Source of the DNA: a virus | Taxonomy: Duplodnaviria; Caudoviricetes | IMG/VR virus record: IMGVR_UViG_2886098363_000001 | Coordinates: 12,318-76,317 of that record | DNA: 64,000 nt | Direction: 5' to 3' (one strand) | Part shown: piece after piece, positions 34,858 through 43,069 of the stretch | Position numbering within the stretch: the stretch's first letter is position 1 | How the letters are laid out: every line of letters starts with the position of its first letter | The notes under the pieces: model-generated | Databases searched by the model: none | What the model was told of the DNA's origin: nothing | Seen by the model: the letters and a program-made list of their open reading frames with translations, nothing else | Program-made: the position numbers and the translations under genes

Positions 34858-35784
34858 ATGGATATGAACATCGACGACCTGAACGGCACTGAGAGCCTGG
34901 ACGAACTGGAAGCCATGCTGGAAGCGATCGAGCGTGAGCCCGATAGCGAGCTGGATGATGGCACTGGCACCGAGCAAACGGACGTACAACCCGCGCCGTC
35001 GGCGGGCGAGGTGGCAGCCGGTAACGAACAGGGCAGCACCGAGCAGGGCGGTGAAGGGGTCGCGGAGCCTGAGAAGGTGATCCTGGCCAAGAGCGGTCAA
35101 CACACCATCCCGTATGAAGTGCTGGAGCAGGCGCGCAATGAAGCCAAGCAACTGCGTGAGCAGCTGGCTCAGTCGCAGCAGGCCCAAGCCGAGCGGGACA
35201 AGCTGCAGGCGCTGATGGAGAAGCACGGGATCAACCCCGACGTGGACCCTGACGATATCAGCCAGGAGGAGCTCGAGCAGTTGGCGCAGGACTACCCGGA
35301 TCTCGGCAAGTCCATCGCCGCCATTGCCCGCAAGCTCCAAAAGCTGGAGCCCCAGGTCGCCCCGCAGCAGGTTCAACCCACCCTCAACCCGGTACAGGCC
35401 GCACTGCAGGCGGTACCTGATCTGGTGAGCTGGCGGGAAAAGGACCAGGACCGTTTCGACTTCGCCATCATCGTCGATGAGAAGCTCCAGGCTGATCCCG
35501 CGTGGCAAGGCAAGTCGCTGGATGAGCGATTCGCAGAGGCGGCGCGCCGCACCAAGCTGGCCTTTGGTGATGAGGTTATTCCTCCCACCAAGGCCCCCAG
35601 CAAGGAGGCGGAGAAACCTGCCGATTTCATCCCGTCCAGCCCTTCGGCACTCGGCCAGACCCATCATGCCGCCCCCACTGGAGTGGAGCGCTTTGGCGCC
35701 ATGTCTCAGACCGAACTTATCGGCGAGATGGGCGCCATGACGGACGCCCAGATGGAGGCGCTGCTGGAGCAGGCCGGGTTCTAA
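34858..35784 (+). CDS. Capsid scaffolding protein
   Basis: Acidic, coiled-coil, HTIPYEVL motif, directly upstream of the capsid gene. Confidence 0.8.
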   Translation: MDMNIDDLNGTESLDELEAMLEAIEREPDSELDDGTGTEQTDVQPAPSAGEVAAGNEQGSTEQGGEGVAEPEKVILAKSGQHTIPYEVLEQARNEAKQLREQLAQSQQAQAERDKLQALMEKHGINPDVDPDDISQEELEQLAQDYPDLGKSIAAIARKLQKLEPQVAPQQVQPTLNPVQAALQAVPDLVSWREKDQDRFDFAIIVDEKLQADPAWQGKSLDERFAEAARRTKLAFGDEVIPPTKAPSKEAEKPADFIPSSPSALGQTHHAAPTGVERFGAMSQTELIGEMGAMTDAQMEALLEQAGF

Positions 35785-35855
35785 CCCACCACCCATTTCA
35801 ATAAGCCAACCCCGACCACTGTGTCGGGGTTTTTGTTTTCATGTAGGAGAGGACC

Positions 35856-37073
35856 ATGACCCAAGTCACCTCGGCGCAAGCCAACAAGATTTTGCAGGCC
35901 GCACTGTTTACGGCGGCCAACCGTTCTCAATCGCTGGTGAACATGCTGACCGAAGAGGCCCCCAAGGGTGCCAAGGTCAACGGCGGCAAACAGACCAGCG
36001 CCGGCGCCCCCGTGGTGCGCATCACCGACCTCGGTAAAGGCGCCGGGGATGAAGTGGACATGCAGCTGTTCCACCAACTGTCTGGCCGCCCGACCATGGG
36101 TGACAAGAAGCTGGCAGGGCGCCTCGAGAGCATGTCCTTCGCGGACTTCTCGCTCAAGATCAACCAGACCCGCCACGGTGTGGACGCAGGCGGCAAGATG
36201 AGCCAGAAGCGCACCAAGCACGACCTGATCAAGACGGCTCGCGTGCTGCTGGGCGATGGCTACTACGGTCGCCTGGTTGACCAGCGTGGCTTTGCTCAGC
36301 TGGCCGGTGCTCGCGGGGATTACTCGGCCACCGATATCATCCTGCCGCTGGCGGATGACCCCGAGTTTGCCGACATCATGATCAACTCATTGACTGCACC
36401 GACCTACGAACGCCACTTCTTCGGTGGTGATGCGACCAGCTTCGAAGCCCTCGATGCAGCGGATCGCTTCAACCTCGGCTGCGTGGACAACATGGCGCTC
36501 TATCTGTCCGAGATGGCCAACCCCATCCAGCCGATCCGCATGGTGGCGGACCCGTCCGGTGGTGAGCCGCTCTATGTGCTCTACGTGACCCCGCGCCAGT
36601 GGCACGACTTCTACACCTCCAGCTCCGGCAAGGACTGGAACGCCATGCTGGCGGCGGTGGCGGAGCGAGCCAAAGGCTGGAATCACCCCATCTTCCGCGG
36701 GGAAGGCGCCATGTGGCGCGGCATCCTGGTCAAGCCCTACAAGGGCATGCCGATCCGCTTCAACCAGGGCAGCATCGTCAAGGTGTGTGCGGCCAACTCC
36801 GCGACCGGGGCGGAAGTGGACAAGGTTGCGGGCACCCTGATCGACCGCGCCGTGCTGCTGGGCGGCCAGGCGCTGGCCAATGCCTTTGGCTCTGGCGAGC
36901 AGGGCGGCTCTTTCGGCATGCACGAAGAGAAGACCGACCACGGCAACAGCACCGAGATCTCTATCAGCTGGGTCTCCGGCCTGCAGAAGATCCGCTTCAA
37001 GCAGCGCAACGGCAACATTCAGGACCATGGCTGCATGGTGTTGGATACCGCCGTCAGCGCCGTCGGCCGCTAA
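35856..37073 (+). CDS. Major capsid protein (N4-gp56/DUF4043 type)
   Basis: 405 aa containing ITDLGKGAGDEV...INQTRHGVDAGGKMSQKRT. Confidence 0.9.
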   Translation: MTQVTSAQANKILQAALFTAANRSQSLVNMLTEEAPKGAKVNGGKQTSAGAPVVRITDLGKGAGDEVDMQLFHQLSGRPTMGDKKLAGRLESMSFADFSLKINQTRHGVDAGGKMSQKRTKHDLIKTARVLLGDGYYGRLVDQRGFAQLAGARGDYSATDIILPLADDPEFADIMINSLTAPTYERHFFGGDATSFEALDAADRFNLGCVDNMALYLSEMANPIQPIRMVADPSGGEPLYVLYVTPRQWHDFYTSSSGKDWNAMLAAVAERAKGWNHPIFRGEGAMWRGILVKPYKGMPIRFNQGSIVKVCAANSATGAEVDKVAGTLIDRAVLLGGQALANAFGSGEQGGSFGMHEEKTDHGNSTEISISWVSGLQKIRFKQRNGNIQDHGCMVLDTAVSAVGR

Positions 37074-37140
37074 TCCACCCACCAGAGCGAGGGGGCGATG
37101 CCCCCTCCTGTTGATATCTGACCAGACAAGGAGCCATATC

Positions 37141-37530
37141 ATGGCCAAGATTACCCTGCTCGCCCGAGCGTACCGCTGGTTTGTCGGCGCGTTCGGCAAC
37201 CTCTCTATCTCCCCGACCCTGGTGGCCAAGCTGGCTGCCGTACCCGCTGGCGATGTTGTCGCATACGGCGACAAGGTGGAGCCCAACCTGAAAGTGGTGG
37301 GTGTGACGATGTTCAGCACTGCGCTGGGCGCGAGTACCACCATCACAGCCAAGATCGGCACGACCACCATCATCAACGCCGAGAGTACGGTGGGGACGGT
37401 GGCAAAGTATTACCCGGTCGATGACCTGATGACCGAGCCTGACCAGGAGCTCACCCTCACCGTTGGTGGCGGCGCTGCGACGGGCACCGTCAAGCTCAAG
37501 CTGTATTACGAGGTAGTCGGCAACCTGTAA
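37141..37530 (+). CDS. Putative capsid decoration protein
   Basis: 129 aa, beta-rich, directly after the capsid gene. Confidence 0.7.
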   Translation: MAKITLLARAYRWFVGAFGNLSISPTLVAKLAAVPAGDVVAYGDKVEPNLKVVGVTMFSTALGASTTITAKIGTTTIINAESTVGTVAKYYPVDDLMTEPDQELTLTVGGGAATGTVKLKLYYEVVGNL

Positions 37531-37596
37531 GGCAGCCGATCACTGTCCGCCCGGCCCTGTGCCGGGCTTTTTCGTTTCTGAATAGGAGTCATCGCC

Positions 37597-38034
37597 ATGA
37601 GCGACAAGATTGCCGTGGTTTACATCGGCGACAAGCCGAGCAAGAAAGACACGGTCACCGGCAGCCGCCTGGTCTTCCCGCGCCATACCGCAGTGGATGT
37701 GGAGAGTCACATCGCCATGCAATTGCTGGAGTTCCCGACCGTCTGGATCCGCCATGAGGCACTGGCTGGCGAGCTGGCGCGTCAGGAGACTGTTGCCGAG
37801 ATGGAAGCCCTGGAGCTTCAGCGCCTCGCCGCCGAGCAGGCCCGCCTGGCGGAAGAGCAGAGCATGGTGGTCGGTGAGCGCGATCTGGCCAAGATGACCT
37901 CTGCCCAACTGGCCACCCTGGTGGAGGGGGAAGATCTGGATATCGAGCCACAGGGCCCGCAAGAAAAGGTGCCCGATTACCGGGTGCGCGTGCGTGATGC
38001 CCTGAAGGCCAAGCTGGCAGAGCAGGGGGAATAG
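37597..38034 (+). CDS. Virion-associated hypothetical protein
   Basis: 145 aa in the position conserved in 933W-like modules. Confidence 0.7.
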   Translation: MSDKIAVVYIGDKPSKKDTVTGSRLVFPRHTAVDVESHIAMQLLEFPTVWIRHEALAGELARQETVAEMEALELQRLAAEQARLAEEQSMVVGERDLAKMTSAQLATLVEGEDLDIEPQGPQEKVPDYRVRVRDALKAKLAEQGE

Positions 38035-38035
38035 C

Positions 38036-38617
38036 ATGCAGATGGTGTCGCGTGAGCAGTTCCTGCCCACTGTCAGGCTGCACATCACCGGCCCGCTCGA
38101 AGTCATGCTGAGTGAGGCCGTCACAGAGGCGGCCATCACGTTCTGCCGGGAGTCGGCCTTGCTGACCCTTGACCGACTGCTGCCCAGCGCGTCAGCCGGC
38201 AGCCTGGTGGAGGTCTGCAACATCAGCGGGATGACATCGTGCAATGTGCTGCACCTGACTGGTGAAGGGGGCTCGCCATTTGTCAGTGGGCGTGACTACT
38301 TCGCCATGTCTGCCAATGAGCTGAGCATCCTGACCGACCTCAGTAATGTGCGGATCTGGTACGTGGCGGCCCCGGTAAAAGGCGCCAAGGAGCTACCGGC
38401 ACAGCTCTACACAGACCATGCCGAGGCCATTGCCCATGGTGTGGCCGCGCTGCTCTATGCCCAACCGGATCGCCCTTGGTCTGATCCCAAGCGGGCCAAC
38501 TTCCATCGCGTCGAGTTTGTCGAGGGGTGGCGTCGTGCCGGCCGCTTCCGCAAGCAGCACAGCGCCCCGACCCAAGTCGAATACTACAACCCGCCCCGCA
38601 AACACAGCTTTTTCTAA
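38036..38617 (+). CDS. Putative head-tail adaptor
   Basis: 193 aa with AAITFCRES and IAHGVAALLYAQPDRPWSDP. Confidence 0.7.
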   Translation: MQMVSREQFLPTVRLHITGPLEVMLSEAVTEAAITFCRESALLTLDRLLPSASAGSLVEVCNISGMTSCNVLHLTGEGGSPFVSGRDYFAMSANELSILTDLSNVRIWYVAAPVKGAKELPAQLYTDHAEAIAHGVAALLYAQPDRPWSDPKRANFHRVEFVEGWRRAGRFRKQHSAPTQVEYYNPPRKHSFF

Positions 38618-38626
38618 GGAGTCGCC

Positions 38627-39304
38627 ATGGCTACCGTGCCTATTGCAATAATCATCAAGCGGGTTAACACCCTGCTGGTCGATCCGACCTTTACCCGCTG
38701 GCCCAAGCAGGAGCTGCTGGACTACTACAACGACGCCACCAAGGCGATCGTGCTGGTTCGCCCTGATGCCCACACCAAGAACGTCGAGTTTTCCTGTACT
38801 GCTGGCACCAGGCAGGTATTGCCAGCGGACGCCTTGCGGCTGATTGAGGTGCTGCGTAACGCCAATGGGAAGGTGGTTCGCTTCGTACCACGCAAGGCGC
38901 TTGATGACAGCTATCCCGACTGGCACTCAGGTAAGACAGCAACCTCAGTAGATAACTACTGCTATGAAGACCGTGACCCCAAGAACTTCTATCTGCACCC
39001 TGGCCCCGCCGCGGATGTGAAGGTAGACGTGATCTACTCGGTGGCGCCGCAATCAAGAGCGCTGGCTGATGTAGAGGACGCCAGCACCCCTGCGCTGGCT
39101 GACCTGGATGATATCTATATCAACCCAATCATCGACTTCATGCTTTATCGCTGCTTCTCCAAGGATGCCGAGTACGCCGCCAACAGCAACCGCGCTGCCG
39201 GTCACTACAACGCATTCCTGCAGCAGCTGGGTGAGAAAACCCAGGCTGACGCCAATATGGAAGCCAGACAACAAGCTGGTTTTAACCGTACCACTGGTCA
39301 GTAA
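38627..39304 (+). CDS. DUF6682-like head-tail connector protein
   Basis: TRWPKQELLDYYND...LVRPDA...YRCFSKDAEY. Confidence 0.75.
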   Translation: MATVPIAIIIKRVNTLLVDPTFTRWPKQELLDYYNDATKAIVLVRPDAHTKNVEFSCTAGTRQVLPADALRLIEVLRNANGKVVRFVPRKALDDSYPDWHSGKTATSVDNYCYEDRDPKNFYLHPGPAADVKVDVIYSVAPQSRALADVEDASTPALADLDDIYINPIIDFMLYRCFSKDAEYAANSNRAAGHYNAFLQQLGEKTQADANMEARQQAGFNRTTGQ

Positions 39305-39315
39305 GGGGGGCATAG

Positions 39316-40950
39316 ATGGCGGGTCTTTGGTATCGGGCTGGCACGGTGGCTGTCACCAACGCCAGTAAAAAAGTAGTTGGCACAGGCACAACCTGGAAGA
39401 GTGGTGCATCCAAGCCAGACAAGGGGCATACGGTATGGGCCCCCGACGGCAAGGCTTATGAGCTCGACTATGTGGAGAGCGACACAGTGCTCTACCTGGT
39501 CACCGCCTATAGTGGCGTGACTGCATCGGGGATGGCCTACTCCATCGACATCAGTCGCAGCGGGTCAAACTCGGCATTCAGCCGCGACCTGTCAGCATTT
39601 GTTGCCTATCACCAGTTGCAGATGGACGGCTGGCAGCAGCTGCTCACCGGCACCGGCGATGTGACGCTCACCGCACCTGATGGCACAAAGCTCACCGTGC
39701 CTAGCTGGGAAAAGGTGATGAACGCAGGCAGCGGTGTGGTGGCGATGGCCAAGACTGAGGCAGACCGCGCCAAGAATGAGGCGACCAAGGCCGCTGCCAG
39801 CGCCACCGCTGCGGGTGATGTGGTGGCCGCCTCCGCTCTGCCATTGCCGGATGTGTGGGCCCCGCTCTCTGATAGCCTGCGCCTTATTACTGGCTATGGC
39901 CGGGATGTGCTGGTTGGGTCGGATGTGGTGGCGCGGATGGTGAATTTCAGCCGCAACTCAACAAAGATCTATCGTGCAAAGGATGGAACGCTCAAGGTAG
40001 CCGCTGTCAACGAGCCCGCGTTCGAGGTGGAGGGGCTGCTGCTTGAGGGGCCGAGCACAAATTTAATTACTGCATCAGCATCTCCATCCCGTCTGGATGG
40101 CTACGTTCAGGGTGGGGTGGTTGGCGCCCCATTGGCGGGTCAGAGCGCAAAGGTGTTTGCATTGACAGGCGCCCCCTCATCGTTAATTCGTTTTAATGAC
40201 GCGATCAGCCTCAGCGTATCGGATACAAAAACGGCCAGTTGCTTTGTCATGGCCATTGGATCGCCCATGACCGTCACCATTCGCTGTGAGGGATCTGTAG
40301 CGAAAGATTTCGCTTTACCTGCCAATGAGTGGGTGCGGCTGTATGTTACGAGAACGATTCCAACCACCGGGCAATACTCAAATTTTTTAGATGTTTGGAT
40401 AAAGGGTGGGTCAGTAGGGCAGAAGATTGCAGCATGGGGCGCCCAGCTAGAGGCGCTGCCATTCGCCAGCTCTACCATTCTGACAGATGGCGCAGCGGTC
40501 ACTCGGGCGGGCGACATCGTAACCATTCCGTGGTCGATGAACATCAATCCTTCTGCTGTCACGGTTGCGCTGAACTATGACCTGTTGGGTGTGGGTCAGG
40601 CGAACCAGCGGATCCTGGAATATGCCGCGCAAGTTAACCCCCGCTATTTAATGCAGGTAACGCTAGCTGGCGAGTTTGAATCCTATTGCGGAAGCTCTGC
40701 GTTGAAGGTGACCGACCCTCCTGTCGGCCCTGGGTCGCTGGTTGTTGCGTCAACATCCCCCAACCGCCACGCTTTGCGTTTGACAGGGAAAAACATTGCA
40801 ACAGCCGCGCCAACCGGGCCAGCAGGCGCCACCGCAAACATCGCTATCGGCTCAGCCATTGCCGGATCATCGCCAATATATGGCCATGTTCGTAACCTTC
40901 GCATCTGGCATCGTGCCCTCACTGATGATCAACTCAAGGCGGTAGCATGA
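39316..40950 (+). CDS. Tail fibre/spike with a C-terminal ConA/LamG-like domain
   Basis: WYRAGTVAVTNASKKVVGTGTTW N-terminal anchor, and GLLLEGPSTNL...GHVRNLRIWHRALT. Confidence 0.8.
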   Translation: MAGLWYRAGTVAVTNASKKVVGTGTTWKSGASKPDKGHTVWAPDGKAYELDYVESDTVLYLVTAYSGVTASGMAYSIDISRSGSNSAFSRDLSAFVAYHQLQMDGWQQLLTGTGDVTLTAPDGTKLTVPSWEKVMNAGSGVVAMAKTEADRAKNEATKAAASATAAGDVVAASALPLPDVWAPLSDSLRLITGYGRDVLVGSDVVARMVNFSRNSTKIYRAKDGTLKVAAVNEPAFEVEGLLLEGPSTNLITASASPSRLDGYVQGGVVGAPLAGQSAKVFALTGAPSSLIRFNDAISLSVSDTKTASCFVMAIGSPMTVTIRCEGSVAKDFALPANEWVRLYVTRTIPTTGQYSNFLDVWIKGGSVGQKIAAWGAQLEALPFASSTILTDGAAVTRAGDIVTIPWSMNINPSAVTVALNYDLLGVGQANQRILEYAAQVNPRYLMQVTLAGEFESYCGSSALKVTDPPVGPGSLVVASTSPNRHALRLTGKNIATAAPTGPAGATANIAIGSAIAGSSPIYGHVRNLRIWHRALTDDQLKAVA

Positions 40951-41261
40951 CCGACTTTATCGACCTCAACTTAAAGGCGGCCGACAAGGCCGCTATGTTC
41001 AGCGCTATGCTGGGGGCGGGCTTTATCGAGGACAGCGAGACCGGCACTCTCTATCACCCCGCCGCCAGCTTGCAACTGCTGCCCACTGGCATGGTCACCC
41101 GCCCCACAGGCGAGGTGCAGGTTGTCGATGGGATGGATATCGCGATGCGCGAGCCGGTGCCGGGCTATCATGCCAATGTGCGCACTACTGACGCCGCGAT
41201 GTCAGCTGCGCTGGCGCCGGTTACGGTAGTCGTAGACAAGCCACAATATGTCTGGGCATAG
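40947..41261 (+). CDS. Tail fibre-associated small protein
   Basis: 104 aa with GYHANVR motif and ATGA coupling. Confidence 0.7.
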   Translation: MTDFIDLNLKAADKAAMFSAMLGAGFIEDSETGTLYHPAASLQLLPTGMVTRPTGEVQVVDGMDIAMREPVPGYHANVRTTDAAMSAALAPVTVVVDKPQYVWA

Positions 41262-41371
41262 AATACGGCCACGGCCATGGGCCGGTCTGCCAAGTGCAGG
41301 AGGTTCACCAGGGTAAAACCATCCTGGTGCCGCACCCCTGCGCCGATGTGCTGCAGCCAGCCAAGTGAGCC

Positions 41372-41440
41372 TTGCCTCCTGACGCTGGCAGCGTTAGGAT
41401 TTACCCATCATGGCCCGCTCTGTTCTGAGTGGGCCTTTTT
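41372..41440 (+). promoter_or_regulatory. Late promoter 3 with terminator
   Basis: TTGCCT-17(...CAGCGT)-TAGGAT, CATCAT, then a GGCCC hairpin with T5. Confidence 0.7.
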
Positions 41441-41464
41441 GTTTTCTGCCTGCCGAGATCTCCC

Positions 41465-43069
41465 ATGTCAGTCATCGATATCGTCACCATGCGAGGCATT
41501 ACGCCGCGCGTGGAATCTCACCTTTTGCCTGATGAAGTGGCAGTAGTGGCCAGAGATTGCCACTTTGACCACGGCGTTATCTCACCGCTTGAGGAAGATG
41601 TCAGCGCTGGCGTTACCTTGCCAATCACCCCCAAGACCCTGTTCAAGTACGGCCAGAACTGGTTTGCATGGAACAAGATTGTTGAGGCAATCAATTCCCC
41701 GATCGCGCAGGATGCCTATGGCCGCGTCTATTACACCGATGGCGAGTACCCGAAAGTCACCCACTTCCAGATCGCGACTGGTGGTGTCAACAAGCCGACG
41801 GCGTGGCACCGCCTTGGTGTGCCCTCTCCCGGCGTTCCAGTAGGGATTGGTGCCATTACGCCGCCAACTGGTAGCAAAGATGACGACGCCACCGATGATG
41901 AGACCCGCTACTACGTTGATACCTACGTCACGGCGATGGGCGAGGAGGGGCCTCCCGGGCCTGCAAGCGGCAAGGCCAGCATCACCATCCCGAACTCCAC
42001 AGTGACGCTATCCCTCACACCCCCACAGTCACAGGACAACAATATCACCAAGCGCCGGGTATACCGCTCCGTTTCTGGTGGCGGCCTGGCTGATTACCTG
42101 CTGGTTGCTGAGCTGCCGATTGCGCAAGCCTCGTTTGTGGACAATCGCGCTGATGGTGAACTTGGGCCTGTGCTGGAAACCTACGGTTATACCCCGCCAC
42201 CGGCTGCCATGCGCGGCCTGTGCCAGATGGCAAACGGCATGTGTGCTGGCTTTGCTGGCAACTCACTCTATCTGTGCGAGCCGTATCTGCCATATGCCTG
42301 GCCGGAGAAGTACCGGCTCACTACCGAGCACGACATTGTGGCAATCGCCGCTATCGATACCACACTGGTGATTGGTACCAAGGGGTACCCCTATCTTGCA
42401 CAAGGTGTCAGCCCTGCTTCGGTGACCAACCAGAAGTTGAGCCAACTGCCACAGGCGTGCATTAGCTCCCGCTCCATGGTGGCGATGGATGGCGTGGTGC
42501 TCTACGCCTCGCCAGATGGGCTGGTCGGGATCGGCGCCAGCGGTGGGCAAGTGGTGACAGAGCAGATCATCACTCGCAAGCAGTGGCAGGCCATGAAGCC
42601 TGAGACCCTGCGCGCATGGCATCACGAAGGCAAGTATGTGGCGATGACCGATACCCATGCCTTAGTCTTTGATCCCAAGAGTGGGGATTTGCGCGAGCTT
42701 ACCAACCGCTGGGATGCAGGCGTCTCTGATATGGAGAGCGATCGTCTATTTGTGGCAAAGGGGATGGCCTTGCAGATATGGCGCGGTGGACAGGCTGGCA
42801 ATGGCCAGCTTGTCTGGCGTTCCAAGCTGTTTATGATGCCTGATAGCACGCAGCTTGGCTGTTGCCGGGTGCTTGCAGACGAGATCCACCTGGTTGGAAT
42901 CAAGCTGCTCGTGGATGGTGAGCAGGTGATGGATCTGCCGCCAGGCAACTTGGCATCGGGCACATTCAGGTTGCCCCCGGTGCGAGGTCGGTGGTGGCAG
43001 GTGGAGGTATATGGAACCTCTGTGGTGAAGCGCATTACCCTGGCGGGCTCAATGGCGGAGTTGATGTAA
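41465..43069 (+). CDS. Tail nozzle / packaged-DNA stabilisation protein
   Basis: 534 aa beta-propeller-like protein containing LYLCEPYLPYAWP and YASPDGLV. Confidence 0.75.
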   Translation: MSVIDIVTMRGITPRVESHLLPDEVAVVARDCHFDHGVISPLEEDVSAGVTLPITPKTLFKYGQNWFAWNKIVEAINSPIAQDAYGRVYYTDGEYPKVTHFQIATGGVNKPTAWHRLGVPSPGVPVGIGAITPPTGSKDDDATDDETRYYVDTYVTAMGEEGPPGPASGKASITIPNSTVTLSLTPPQSQDNNITKRRVYRSVSGGGLADYLLVAELPIAQASFVDNRADGELGPVLETYGYTPPPAAMRGLCQMANGMCAGFAGNSLYLCEPYLPYAWPEKYRLTTEHDIVAIAAIDTTLVIGTKGYPYLAQGVSPASVTNQKLSQLPQACISSRSMVAMDGVVLYASPDGLVGIGASGGQVVTEQIITRKQWQAMKPETLRAWHHEGKYVAMTDTHALVFDPKSGDLRELTNRWDAGVSDMESDRLFVAKGMALQIWRGGQAGNGQLVWRSKLFMMPDSTQLGCCRVLADEIHLVGIKLLVDGEQVMDLPPGNLASGTFRLPPVRGRWWQVEVYGTSVVKRITLAGSMAELM